From assembly GCA_020428115.1 (NCBI GenBank), contig JAGQNJ010000001.1, positions 1 to 32,895 of the forward strand: a stretch of DNA of 32,895 nt, written 5' to 3'. A model generated the notes under the pieces. It was not told the origin of the DNA. It saw only the letters and a program-made list of their open reading frames with translations, and did no database searches. Within the stretch, counting starts at the first letter, position 1; every line of letters begins with the position of its first letter. Made by a program: the position numbers and the translations under genes. This stretch comes from Candidatus Saccharimonadota bacterium (GTDB lineage: Bacteria; Patescibacteriota; Saccharimonadia; Saccharimonadales; JAGQNJ01). Shown here one piece after another: positions 9,259 to 18,177 of the stretch.

Positions 9259-10140
9259 ATGTGGGAAACACTAATTACCGATCTGAATACTAGTGCCGAA
9301 AATCTCGGCAAACTTGCAGCAACCTGGCTTGCGCTGCACTTGCTTAATATTATCATCATCTTAATCGGTGCGCGCATAATTAGAGTTGTGGCCACTCGGG
9401 CTATCAGCAAGCTCATACACAAAACTGTCCGACATGATTTGTTCCCAACCGAAGCAGATCGCAAAAAACGAATTGAGACGCTCGATAGTCTGGTGAGCGC
9501 ATCTGTCCGGGTAGTCGTCTGGCTGGTTGCAGGTATGATGATTGTCAATGAGCTTGGTGTTGATACTGGCCCGCTACTCGCGAGCGCGGGTATTGTCGGT
9601 ATCGCGCTTGGTTTTGGTGCCCAATCATTCATCAAAGATTTTGTGAGTGGCGTGTTTATCATTGTCGAAAACCAATACCGTGTCGGTGATATTATTCAGA
9701 TTAACGATATCGATGGCGTTGTCGAAGCAATCACCATACGTACAACCGTACTGCGAGATCTAGATGGCAACCTACACCATGTGCCTAACGGAAGCATTGT
9801 GGTGACCACCAATAAAACAATGGATTATGGTCGCATCAACGAAGACATTGTCGTTGGGTTTGACACGGATGTTGAGCAGCTGGAACACATTATCAACCAC
9901 ACTGGCGCACAGCTTGCTGCTGTTGCTGAGTTCAAGGATGACATCATAGATCCGCCTCATTTCGCCCGTGTCACCGGATTTAACGAGCGCGGTATGAGCA
10001 TCAAAATCCTGGGCAAAACAACACCAGGTGAACAGTGGCGAGTTAAGGGCGAACTATACAAACGACTCAAAAAGTCATTCGACAAGCATCACATCGATAT
10101 CCCATATCCACACCAAGTTAATGTACCGTTCAAGCGATAG
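9259..10140 (+). CDS. small-conductance mechanosensitive channel (MscS family)
   Basis: Three N-terminal TM segments, then FVSGVFIIVENQYRVGDII...DGVVEAITIRTTVLRDLDGNLHHVPN. The track ORF from 9091 overlaps tsaC, so I chose the ATG at 9259 (M57). Confidence 0.85.
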   Translation: MWETLITDLNTSAENLGKLAATWLALHLLNIIIILIGARIIRVVATRAISKLIHKTVRHDLFPTEADRKKRIETLDSLVSASVRVVVWLVAGMMIVNELGVDTGPLLASAGIVGIALGFGAQSFIKDFVSGVFIIVENQYRVGDIIQINDIDGVVEAITIRTTVLRDLDGNLHHVPNGSIVVTTNKTMDYGRINEDIVVGFDTDVEQLEHIINHTGAQLAAVAEFKDDIIDPPHFARVTGFNERGMSIKILGKTTPGEQWRVKGELYKRLKKSFDKHHIDIPYPHQVNVPFKR

Positions 10141-10686
10141 CTATTTCCTGGGCCGCACAAGGCTGTCTAGCCCAATCGCAACGGCAGCAGCGAACCCAAC
10201 GGTCTCAATTGGCCGCAGTATTGCCCTATCCACCCAAGTCTCATGACCATTACCACGACGTCGGACAAGTACACCCATGGTATCAATATTCAGTTCTTTT
10301 GCGACCGCCCAGCGACCCGATGCAACGCCCATAAGCCAGCGGTCTTCAATGACTATCCCTGATTGAATGTCATGTTCGCGTGCAGCCTGTGCAACTTCAC
10401 GGTACAGTGTACTTTTTTGCCACGTGTCTGTCTTTGGTACAGCCCACGTGTTTGCACCAATTGCTGTAGCCCTGCGTGCTCCCAACTCTTGGTCTGAGTT
10501 GCCAGAGACAAATGCCAAAAACGCAGTGTCTGGAATAGCCGATAGGAACAATTCTGCATCTGGGTACAATTCTGTACTGTTTGGCAAAAACAGAGTTCCG
10601 TCTCCATCAACAAAATATCCAACAAGCTCTGTCGCTGGTACTTCGACAGCCGACAGGTCACTAACGTTAATATTCACCAGACTCAT
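10141..10686 (-). CDS. HAD-superfamily-like phosphatase (YqeG-like?), degenerate motifs
   Basis: DGDGTL resembles HAD motif I (DxDxT). The overall length and layout resemble YqeG-type phosphatases, but the later motifs are divergent. Confidence 0.45.
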   Translation of the reverse strand: MSLVNINVSDLSAVEVPATELVGYFVDGDGTLFLPNSTELYPDAELFLSAIPDTAFLAFVSGNSDQELGARRATAIGANTWAVPKTDTWQKSTLYREVAQAAREHDIQSGIVIEDRWLMGVASGRWAVAKELNIDTMGVLVRRRGNGHETWVDRAILRPIETVGFAAAVAIGLDSLVRPRK

Positions 10687-10843
10687 ATTCGTAATATTAT
10701 ATCATATTAGAGTACTTTTGCATATGTTCATTTCTTCACTTTCAATCTAGCTGGTATTTGCATCACTAGAGGTTCATACTCACCTTCTTGAGATAACCTT
10801 TCTCAGCAAACACAACTACATTTCTATTCTATGTGGCCTAAAG

Positions 10844-10849
10844 TATACT
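10844..10849 (+). promoter_or_regulatory. -10 box TATACT, 6 nt before ATG 10856
   Basis: Reads aagTATACTacccgtATG with no SD. Confidence 0.5.
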
Positions 10850-10855
10850 ACCCGT

Positions 10856-11251
10856 ATGCCGCGAACTATATTTATGGACTTTATTGAAGGTAAGGCTCCG
10901 TGCGCCAGAGTATACGAAGATGATAAAACGTTTGCTTTCCTCGACCAAAGTCCTCTCACTACTGGCCACACACTTGTTATACCAAAGGACCCCGTCGACC
11001 AAATTGATCACTGTTCAGAGGAACTCTACCATGCCATTTTTCAGAGCGTCCACAAAGTATCCGCTATGCTTCAAAAATCACTCAAACCACTCCGCATTGC
11101 ATTAATTGTCCACGGAACAGAGATTCCCCATGCCCATGTTCATGTCGTCCCACTATATACCGGCAAAGAACTCCACCTCGCAGCAAAGGATAGAGAGCGC
11201 GCAACATCTGAGGACCTTAGTAAGCTTGCAGCAAAAATATGCTCCGCTTAA
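10856..11251 (+). CDS. HIT (histidine triad) family protein
   Basis: Contains GHTLVIPK and the triad HAHVHVVP. Confidence 0.9.
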   Translation: MPRTIFMDFIEGKAPCARVYEDDKTFAFLDQSPLTTGHTLVIPKDPVDQIDHCSEELYHAIFQSVHKVSAMLQKSLKPLRIALIVHGTEIPHAHVHVVPLYTGKELHLAAKDRERATSEDLSKLAAKICSA

Positions 11252-11273
11252 GCTTTAAATCATAACAAAACAA

Positions 11274-11282
11274 TGTGATAAT
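11274..11282 (+). promoter_or_regulatory. extended -10 TGtGATAAT, 7 nt before ATG 11290
   Basis: Reads caaTGtGATAATgttcgcaATGgca. This places the box inside the track's GTG-11275 N-terminal extension. Confidence 0.5.
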
Positions 11283-11289
11283 GTTCGCA

Positions 11290-12054
11290 ATGGCAGAAAC
11301 TGGGATCGAAATTGCAGCAGCAGGTAAGTCAACTAGGCTGCGTGAACATATAACTGAACTTGGTTATCCAAATGGATACCCAAAGTTATTACTTCCCACG
11401 GGTAGATCAGACGGCGAGACACTGCTTGGTAGAGTAACAAGGCAAGCACTCGAGGCTCCTGTTCCAGGCTTTGTCACGATACATACTAGTGAAGAAAATG
11501 AGAGGTATCTTCGCCAGAATCCGGATATATCGCCTCTTATAGATGGTGCTGAAGTTCGACTTGCTAGAGTAGAGTATGGCAATTCTTTCCGACCCTTTTT
11601 ACCAAAACTCGTAAAAGAAGGGGTACGAGTACTAGGTTCCAGTGGTGATTTTTATGCCGAATTCTCCTGGGCCGATGTACTCGATACCCATGAATCAAAC
11701 AATTACCCAGTTACTTTCGTCGTGGGGCAAACAGTTGCAGTTGATAATGGAGCGGTTTTTGACGTGTCGGATAATGGGTTGATAACTGATTTTGCCCGAG
11801 TAGATAGAACAAAGCAAAGTGACTTGGTTAACGTTGGGATATACGTTTTTGATCCTACTGATACGGTTCTTTCTACGCTGTCTGGTATTGTCTCTAGTAG
11901 ATACCTCGCTTCAGAAGAAGATATCGTGACGACACTAATTGCAAAGGGGCTCATGGGTGCCCACGTACTTGAGAGAACTCCATATAACGTAAACTCTGCC
12001 GAAACGTACCAGGCACTCCTTGCGCATGTGCAGACAGAACAAGTTGTCGCCTAG
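11290..12054 (+). CDS. sugar-phosphate nucleotidyltransferase-like protein (NTP_transferase fold)
   Basis: AAAGKSTRL......PKLLLP matches the GxGTRL...PK signature. The start is uncertain among 11275, 11281 and 11290. Confidence 0.65.
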   Translation: MAETGIEIAAAGKSTRLREHITELGYPNGYPKLLLPTGRSDGETLLGRVTRQALEAPVPGFVTIHTSEENERYLRQNPDISPLIDGAEVRLARVEYGNSFRPFLPKLVKEGVRVLGSSGDFYAEFSWADVLDTHESNNYPVTFVVGQTVAVDNGAVFDVSDNGLITDFARVDRTKQSDLVNVGIYVFDPTDTVLSTLSGIVSSRYLASEEDIVTTLIAKGLMGAHVLERTPYNVNSAETYQALLAHVQTEQVVA

Positions 12055-12094
12055 AAAATGTACAAATCTGTAGTAATATGTTAAGATAATTCTT

Positions 12095-12760
12095 ATGAAT
12101 GAGATTGCTCTAGTAATCCATGATGGCGATGGAAACCTATACGATACCATCGACCACATTACTCGGACAACAATAGCTGCCTTTAATGCCATGGGAGCAA
12201 ATGTTGATGAGGCAAATGTTTACGAGCGTTTTAGTGCTGGGGTAAGCTTGCACAAAATTTTTGAAGAGCTTGGACCAGAACTAGATCCTCATGCTCTCGA
12301 AGATCAATTCTATACTTTTGATTCTTCACTGGGATATGAGGGGGTCCATCCTAGTGTTGGGCTATTCGAAATGCTAGAAACATTCGCTGCAGCGGGAATC
12401 CGTAACGCTGTTGCCTCAAACCGCGAACAAAGTTCTACGCTTGCTATACTACGACACCTAGGCATCGTAGAAAATTATATTGACGCCGAGTTCGTCGCTT
12501 GCCCACCAGGACACCTTAGTAAACCAAATCCACATCAATTACAGTTCCTGATTAATAGTGCTGGTATTTTACCTGATCGCGCAATAATGGTTGGAGATAC
12601 CCCCGGGGACATCATTGCCGGCAAGAACGCTGGAGTGAAGGCTACAGTTGGCTTCACAAAAGGTTTTGGAAGCAAAGAAGCGCTTACTGAAGCTGGAGCA
12701 AATCTATTGATTGATGATCTATCAGATCTGCCAGCTATTGTGGCGGAACTATCTCAATAG
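12095..12760 (+). CDS. HAD-IA family hydrolase (phosphoglycolate-phosphatase-like)
   Basis: Motif I VIHDGDGNLYDT, motif II ASN, and motifs III/IV KPNP...VGDTPGDIIAGKNAG. Confidence 0.85.
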   Translation: MNEIALVIHDGDGNLYDTIDHITRTTIAAFNAMGANVDEANVYERFSAGVSLHKIFEELGPELDPHALEDQFYTFDSSLGYEGVHPSVGLFEMLETFAAAGIRNAVASNREQSSTLAILRHLGIVENYIDAEFVACPPGHLSKPNPHQLQFLINSAGILPDRAIMVGDTPGDIIAGKNAGVKATVGFTKGFGSKEALTEAGANLLIDDLSDLPAIVAELSQ

Positions 12761-12767
12761 CGTTTCG

Positions 12768-13253
12768 CTAGAGACCAATATTGCTGTCGCTGAGGTCGTT
12801 TGCGCCAAAATCGGTTGAGTCGTTGATTGTACCAAGCTGTGTATCGATCTCACTGATCGTAGCGTCGATGTCATCTACTTCGAGCTGGCCATCGGCAGTC
12901 TGATCGTCGGCCACTTGACTCGTATCAGTTGCTACTGGTGCGTCAGTATTGGAGCGAGATTGCATATACACATATGCTGCAGCACCAATTAATCCTGCGG
13001 TTACAATGATTGCCAAAATAATTGCGATAATCGGACCTTTTTTGCGTTTTGGCTTGTTTGTCTGCTTGTTCATTTTGTGGTTCATAGAGGAATGCTGCTT
13101 CTGTTCCTGCGGCGTCTGCCCAATAACTGCAGCTGGTGTATCCAATGGCTGGGGCTGTTGCAATGGTTGGTTTGGAGCTGGCTGTGCTTGGAGCGGTTGC
13201 GGCGTTAGTACATCAGGGCGTGGCTGCTGCTGCGGTCGCTTAATGTCATCCAT
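12768..13253 (-). CDS. Pro/Gln-rich single-TM hypothetical protein
   Basis: P/Q-rich N-terminus, TM GPIIAIILAIIVTAGLIGAAAYVYM and an acidic C-terminus. Its start overlaps the upstream stop (TAATG). Confidence 0.6.
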   Translation of the reverse strand: MDDIKRPQQQPRPDVLTPQPLQAQPAPNQPLQQPQPLDTPAAVIGQTPQEQKQHSSMNHKMNKQTNKPKRKKGPIIAIILAIIVTAGLIGAAAYVYMQSRSNTDAPVATDTSQVADDQTADGQLEVDDIDATISEIDTQLGTINDSTDFGANDLSDSNIGL

Positions 13254-13879
13254 TACTGGGTACCTCCTGTGATCTGACCAGTCTCGATCTGAGTACGCAT
13301 TGTTTGCAAGGCGGGTTTTATTGTATTGGTTATGTAGGTTCGTATGTCACCCGTGGTTGTCACGAGTGCATCATGCTCACTGCGTGCTACACTCAAAGCA
13401 GCCTGGAACGATACAGGATCCTGGCTACAATCAATAACCGTCATGTCGTCTACTGCTTGTTTGTATGCAGTCATTTGGGTTTTATACGTAGTCACTTTGT
13501 CGCTTAGGCTCGTAACATCTGTCTTAAGATTTGTCGTGTCTACGCCCTGTGTATCAAGTAGAGTCAGCAGTGCATTGAGCTCACCAAGTATTGCATCATA
13601 CGCCGTTGTACGCTTGGTCTGGATCTCACCAAGCCGACCAGCAAGATTCTTGACATTAGCCTGCACCACACTGCATCGCAGTTTCAGTCGATCTTGTTGT
13701 GCTTTGCTTATGTCGGCTTGCAACTTTGCCCTGTACTGCTCTTTGCGCTGTTCGAGCGCACTGTCTGTAGATTGGGCGCTTGTTTGAGTACTATAGTGAC
13801 TCTCTAGTGATAAAAATGGGATCAAAACACCAAGCGGTAATAACACCGCCGCAATAAGCACCTTTAGCCGTTTGTTCAT
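13253..13879 (-). CDS. secreted/anchored coiled-coil hypothetical protein (~208 aa)
   Basis: Start chosen at MNKRLKVLIAAVLLPLG (signal-like) with a GGGGG SD. The longer track ORF would overlap the MutY-like gene. Confidence 0.6.
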   Translation of the reverse strand: MNKRLKVLIAAVLLPLGVLIPFLSLESHYSTQTSAQSTDSALEQRKEQYRAKLQADISKAQQDRLKLRCSVVQANVKNLAGRLGEIQTKRTTAYDAILGELNALLTLLDTQGVDTTNLKTDVTSLSDKVTTYKTQMTAYKQAVDDMTVIDCSQDPVSFQAALSVARSEHDALVTTTGDIRTYITNTIKPALQTMRTQIETGQITGGTQ

Positions 13880-13904
13880 TCCCCCAGCAGACATACTGTA
13901 GGGA

Positions 13905-14732
13905 TCATTGTACACCACTGTCCGTATCTGCCCCAAGCCGATATTTGCCGGCTTTGTGGATAATAAGCCCTTCTTGACATTGATCCTCGAGCACACTACG
14001 AAGTCGCTGATCCGAAATATGCTGTTGTAGTTCTTGCATGCTTTGTTGTTTGCGAGTGAGTAAACGCAACACGGCACCTCGAACTTGTCGGCGCGAGCCT
14101 TCAAACGGCGATTGCTTTGTATAATGTTTGCTTTGCCGATTGCCCGTGTCCTTGGCTGTTTTTAGCCAGCTGCCATAGTCCATCATTGCCCAATAAAATT
14201 CCCTGGGATTGTCGACCTGTGCAATAATTTTGCCCAACACCTCACGTAGTTCTGCGTCCGTCACTGCCTGCGCTGACTTGAAGAAATGGTACAACAACAC
14301 CGTTCTAATATTGGTCTCGATAAATATGACAGGCTGGTTGTATGCATATGCACATATAGCTCCAGCAGTATTAACACCAACTCCAGGTAATCGCACCAAA
14401 CCCTCCACGGTACTCGTAACCTCTTGCTCATTCATTATCTTTGCTGCCTCGTGCAAATATTTGGCACGGCGGTTATAGCCAAGCCCATTCCAAAGTACCA
14501 GCACATCACTCAGTGGAGCTGTTGCCAGAGACTGCGCGTTCGGAAACCGCTGTATAAAAGCCTCGTATTTTGGCACTACACGCCCAACCTGCGTCTGCTG
14601 TAGCATTATTTCGGATACGAGTACACGGTACACATCTGTTGTATGTCGCCAAGGAAGTTCACGCCTAGCATGCTGATCATAATGTACCCACAGCGTTTGC
14701 AGAAATTCGTTGATAGACTGGCGACGTACCAT
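13905..14732 (-). CDS. MutY-like HhH-GPD DNA glycosylase lacking Fe-S cysteines and the NUDIX-like C-domain
   Basis: LPWR...YRVLVSEIMLQQTQV, HhH LPGVGVNTAGAI and AMMDYGS carrying the catalytic Asp. The whole protein has only 2 Cys. Confidence 0.8.
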   Translation of the reverse strand: MVRRQSINEFLQTLWVHYDQHARRELPWRHTTDVYRVLVSEIMLQQTQVGRVVPKYEAFIQRFPNAQSLATAPLSDVLVLWNGLGYNRRAKYLHEAAKIMNEQEVTSTVEGLVRLPGVGVNTAGAICAYAYNQPVIFIETNIRTVLLYHFFKSAQAVTDAELREVLGKIIAQVDNPREFYWAMMDYGSWLKTAKDTGNRQSKHYTKQSPFEGSRRQVRGAVLRLLTRKQQSMQELQQHISDQRLRSVLEDQCQEGLIIHKAGKYRLGADTDSGVQ

Positions 14733-14734
14733 GA

Positions 14735-14959
14735 CTATAATGCATCTATTGCTGCAGCAAGTTCGCGGTCCTTGGCGGTCACCTTGCCTGCGCTGTGTGT
14801 CGTTAGCGTAATCTTGACCCTGCCCCAGCCAAGCTCAATATCAGGGTGATGATTTGCCTGCTCGGCAAGTGCCCCGACCTTATTCACAAAAGCCAAAGCT
14901 TGTGCAAAATCCGGGAATGTAAATTCCTTGATAATTGTATTCGCTTCTTCTTTCCACAT
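14735..14959 (-). CDS. pterin-4-alpha-carbinolamine dehydratase (PCD/DCoH)
   Basis: F.DF..A..FVN.V...AE..NHHPDIELGWGRVKITLTTH. Confidence 0.85.
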   Translation of the reverse strand: MWKEEANTIIKEFTFPDFAQALAFVNKVGALAEQANHHPDIELGWGRVKITLTTHSAGKVTAKDRELAAAIDAL

Positions 14960-14995
14960 AACCTAACCTCTATATTCAATGAAGTATAGTCTACA

Positions 14996-17011
14996 TCAAT
15001 AGTAGTACCAGCGGTCAATACCGCCCGTGTTGGTAACGTCCACTAGTTTGCGTGGCTCGCCCCCTTGTATGTTGACCACATAGTCTGCTGTTTCTTGGTC
15101 TGTGTTTATTCGATACACAACGGTTGTGTCGTTCAGCCAGGTTATTGGAGTTGTCAGTCCACTTTGCGCAGTTATAGTCGCATCATCTTTGTTGCCGAGG
15201 TTATACACTAGCAATACGCCTTTGCCGTCGCGTTCGTCAGGCCAAATACTGTTCTCTTTGTTAGGGCTATTTACATATATACGTGACTTTTGTGTCGCAG
15301 GTGCGCCACCCATGGCATTCAGCGATCCATCAGCAAGATTGTACTCGTACCACGCCTGCCCGACCGCGATGGCAAGCTTGTTGTATTCGGTGCGGAAGAT
15401 ATTCCAAACTTCTTTGTCTATGAGAGCCTTACGGTTTTTGCCGTCGGCATCAACCACGAACAGTGCAATATTCGCGCCATCCGAAAATGCAGCAGATGGA
15501 GCGTAGTAGATCTTGTCGTTGGCTAGCACGATATCGTTAAAGTAGTTGGTGGCAGTAATCTCGGTGCTCTCGCCTGTTGCGTAGTCGTAGGTCATAAGCC
15601 GTTGTCGCTTTGGATTGTTAGTGCTGGCTCCAGCGGCAATCTGTACGTAGACGAGCTTATCGCCAACCCAGCCTACCACCTCAAATCGTTCCGACCGCCC
15701 CAGCGATACTGTTTCGTTCGTCTCTAGGTTGAGTATAGTAAGCGTGCTTAGTAGGTAACCGTCGCTGTTACGCATGTTGTCACGGGTAGATACCAGCGCC
15801 GCGACATTCTTGGTGGGGTGCGGTACAAGCACCATATCATCACGCTCCGTGCCGGTTCCGGCCAGAACAAGCTCCTCGTTTTTGCCATCAGCATCGATCT
15901 TATAGACGTCATATTTGCCCGATCGTTTGCTCACAAAGACATGCTTTTTGGCGGGAACCATTTTGACCTCAATCGCCTGGTTCGGGTCGCCAACCATCAG
16001 CTGCTCGTTGCGATAACCATCTTTGCTAATTGTTATTTCTGCATCTTCGTCGCTCTTGGTGTCTAGCGTCAGGACGAGCTTACCAGTATCGTCCGAAAAC
16101 GCACTGGCGTCTCCGCTGGTTGCCTCGGCCTTGGCGATAGGCTTATCAGACAAAAAGTCGTTAACCTGGAATGTATACTGTATGCCTGTTGGCTCCAGCT
16201 GATAATCTCCCAGCGGGTTACTGCCCCAGCCAATTGTTACTTTCTTGTCCACCTCGGCAAAGGCCCGCCGATCAATGGCCATATCCTGCTTGCCAAGCTT
16301 GAGCTTGCTCAGATACACCTGGCCTTCGTTGTCCGTAACGCCCGTCTGATTACCTATGCTTACCGTTACGTTCTTGAGCGGTTGCTGAGTACTCTGATCT
16401 AGCACCTTGAGCGATGCACGGCTGCGCACGCCAACAATATTAAGGAAAAAGTACCGTGTATTCGGTATACTCGCCAGCAGAATAATCAGTACGCCCACGC
16501 CGATGATAGTGGCCCATCGAGCCCTGGGGTTTTCCCACCACCGACGCAAAAAGTCTTTGGTCTTTTGCCAGAAACCCTGCTTTTTGTTATTGCTATCAAA
16601 GGCTCGCTCAACTGCCTCGTCTTCCGCGGCCAGCACTTCGTCACTCTCGCTTGCAGCGATATCGTCAACGGCAGTATCGAGATCTTCTTCTGAATCAGTC
16701 GCAGTATCTTGCTTGGGCTCTTCGGCAGGCTTGTCCGCGTCTGTTTTAGGCTCTTCTGGTTCGGGTTTCTCTGCAGCCTTTGCACTGTCTGCTGCGGGCA
16801 CTGGCGGCACACCCTTCATTGGGGCTTCTTCGGTTTTCGGCTCTTCGGGCTTTGGTTTGGGTTTGGGCTTGGCAGGTAGCTTTGGCTCAGGCTCGGGCGC
16901 AGCAGTTGGCGGGCTATCTTCAGGAGTCGGGCCCATGATGCCTTGTATCTTTTCATTCAGCTCTTTTTTGACTGCCTCGAGCTTGGCTTCTTTTTCTTTA
17001 TCTTCTTTCAT
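14996..17011 (-). CDS. membrane-anchored surface protein with K/P/E-rich linker and PD40/TolB-like beta-propeller region
   Basis: N-terminal KPKPKPKPEEPK low complexity and one TM (WATIIGVGVLIILLASI). Repeated DADGKN.. / VYV.. propeller-like blades in the C-terminal half. Confidence 0.7.
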   Translation of the reverse strand: MKEDKEKEAKLEAVKKELNEKIQGIMGPTPEDSPPTAAPEPEPKLPAKPKPKPKPEEPKTEEAPMKGVPPVPAADSAKAAEKPEPEEPKTDADKPAEEPKQDTATDSEEDLDTAVDDIAASESDEVLAAEDEAVERAFDSNNKKQGFWQKTKDFLRRWWENPRARWATIIGVGVLIILLASIPNTRYFFLNIVGVRSRASLKVLDQSTQQPLKNVTVSIGNQTGVTDNEGQVYLSKLKLGKQDMAIDRRAFAEVDKKVTIGWGSNPLGDYQLEPTGIQYTFQVNDFLSDKPIAKAEATSGDASAFSDDTGKLVLTLDTKSDEDAEITISKDGYRNEQLMVGDPNQAIEVKMVPAKKHVFVSKRSGKYDVYKIDADGKNEELVLAGTGTERDDMVLVPHPTKNVAALVSTRDNMRNSDGYLLSTLTILNLETNETVSLGRSERFEVVGWVGDKLVYVQIAAGASTNNPKRQRLMTYDYATGESTEITATNYFNDIVLANDKIYYAPSAAFSDGANIALFVVDADGKNRKALIDKEVWNIFRTEYNKLAIAVGQAWYEYNLADGSLNAMGGAPATQKSRIYVNSPNKENSIWPDERDGKGVLLVYNLGNKDDATITAQSGLTTPITWLNDTTVVYRINTDQETADYVVNIQGGEPRKLVDVTNTGGIDRWYYY

Positions 17012-17079
17012 TGGTAAGCATTACCTTCTTACACCCATTATAGCAAGAAGTTCTACTTACAATGACAATTTATTGCAGA

Positions 17080-17400
17080 CTAACTAGTAAGAATGGTGAT
17101 AAGACTTGGCATCAATGCATAAACCAAGATAACAGAAGCTACCGCAGCTATGGTAATCGGATCGATTCGTAGTTTTTGAGACTTTGAAAGCACGAGATAC
17201 GCGACAAATAAGGGGGCTACGACTAGCTCGACTAATATTGCCAAGCCAAAAGGGATTGAAGCCTCAATACCTGAAATATCCGTACTATTTCTGCTTACAT
17301 ACACTACTATTGCCCCACCAATAAAGAGCCCTATCTGCAGAAATGACAGAACTTTAACTACTAGTGACAGATTCTTTATTCGATTAGATTTCTTTTTCAT
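17080..17400 (-). CDS. small 3-TM membrane protein, paralog 1 (106 aa)
   Basis: Basic N-terminus MKKKSNRIKN followed by 3 hydrophobic helices. The most diverged of the three tandem copies. Confidence 0.65.
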   Translation of the reverse strand: MKKKSNRIKNLSLVVKVLSFLQIGLFIGGAIVVYVSRNSTDISGIEASIPFGLAILVELVVAPLFVAYLVLSKSQKLRIDPITIAAVASVILVYALMPSLITILTS

Positions 17401-17430
17401 TTTACTATTTTCGTATATACAGTATGTTCC

Positions 17431-17739
17431 CTAGAGAAAGAGCAGTACCACTAGGGGGAGTAAAAAAAGCAATAAAACAACTACAACCCTGCTGAAGCCT
17501 ATCCTGTTACGCTTTTGCCAAATGATGTATTCAACCAATAAAATTAAATTGACTACACTCAGGGCTAAAAAAAGCCCCCCTAGAACTACCTGGTTCCCCA
17601 GCCCATCGTATCCCTTGTCTTGGCCGTAGTTAAATAGCCAGTAGGCAACCAAATATACAATAATTTGTGCGCTTATCAGCACACTTAGCAAGACTGCTCG
17701 TGTATTTTTTTCTCTATGAGTTCGTTTATTTTGTTTCAT
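17431..17739 (-). CDS. small 3-TM membrane protein, paralog 2 (~102 aa)
   Basis: Start taken at MKQNKRTHREKN (M20 of the track ORF). GLGNQVVLGGLFLALSVVNLILLV aligns with paralog 3. Confidence 0.7.
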   Translation of the reverse strand: MKQNKRTHREKNTRAVLLSVLISAQIIVYLVAYWLFNYGQDKGYDGLGNQVVLGGLFLALSVVNLILLVEYIIWQKRNRIGFSRVVVVLLLFLLPLVVLLFL

Positions 17740-17746
17740 TTTGCCA

Positions 17747-17761
17747 TTCCCACTTATTTCC
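17747..17761 (-). repeat. conserved 15-nt leader GGAAATAAGTGGGAA, 8-22 nt upstream of the paralog 2 start
   Basis: An identical 15-mer sits at the same offset upstream of paralog 3. Confidence 0.7.
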
Positions 17762-17820
17762 TTGAACAGTCTTTTCTTAGGAAATGATGCAGGCACAGTA
17801 AGAAATATTCATACACTATC

Positions 17821-18141
17821 TCAGCTTAGAATATACGGATTGATAATAAAAATGTATGCCATTACTAATAGAAAGAGTGCTATTGCAATGTAATTAGGAC
17901 TTTCGTGCTGTTTTAAGGATCGGTATATATTTACTATCACCATGACCAAATTAGCAACACTAGTTAGAATGAAGATAATACCTAGTAGTACCTGCTGCCC
18001 AAGTCCAGTGAAATCATTATATTCTTTACCCATAAGAGCAACAGACAGCAAATAGATACCAAAAAGAATTATTGATAATACTATAGATATGGTTGCTTCT
18101 TTTCCATTGTTTATCTTTTTGCTGTACTGTTTCTTTTTCAT
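17821..18141 (-). CDS. small 3-TM membrane protein, paralog 3 (106 aa)
   Basis: MKKKQYSKKINNGK followed by 3 TM segments. Carries GLGQQVLLGIIFILTSVANLVMVI. Confidence 0.7.
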   Translation of the reverse strand: MKKKQYSKKINNGKEATISIVLSIILFGIYLLSVALMGKEYNDFTGLGQQVLLGIIFILTSVANLVMVIVNIYRSLKQHESPNYIAIALFLLVMAYIFIINPYILS

Positions 18142-18148
18142 ATTATTG

Positions 18149-18163
18149 TTCCCACTTATTTCC
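18149..18163 (-). repeat. conserved 15-nt leader GGAAATAAGTGGGAA upstream of paralog 3
   Basis: Exact copy of 17747-17761 at the same distance from the ATG. Confidence 0.7.
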
Positions 18164-18177
18164 CATACATAGTATCA

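Noticed and set aside
13880-14104. N-terminal extensions in the ORF track: 13253..14104, and likewise 9091-9258, 5677-5754 and 17740-17796.
   Set aside because: The extensions overlap neighbouring genes or precede an obvious signal/TM start that has its own SD or conserved leader. Internal starts were preferred.
16407-17087. 226-aa plus-strand ORF rich in S/A/G.
   Set aside because: It is antisense to the low-complexity K/P/E-rich 5' part of the PD40-like gene. This is a typical shadow ORF.
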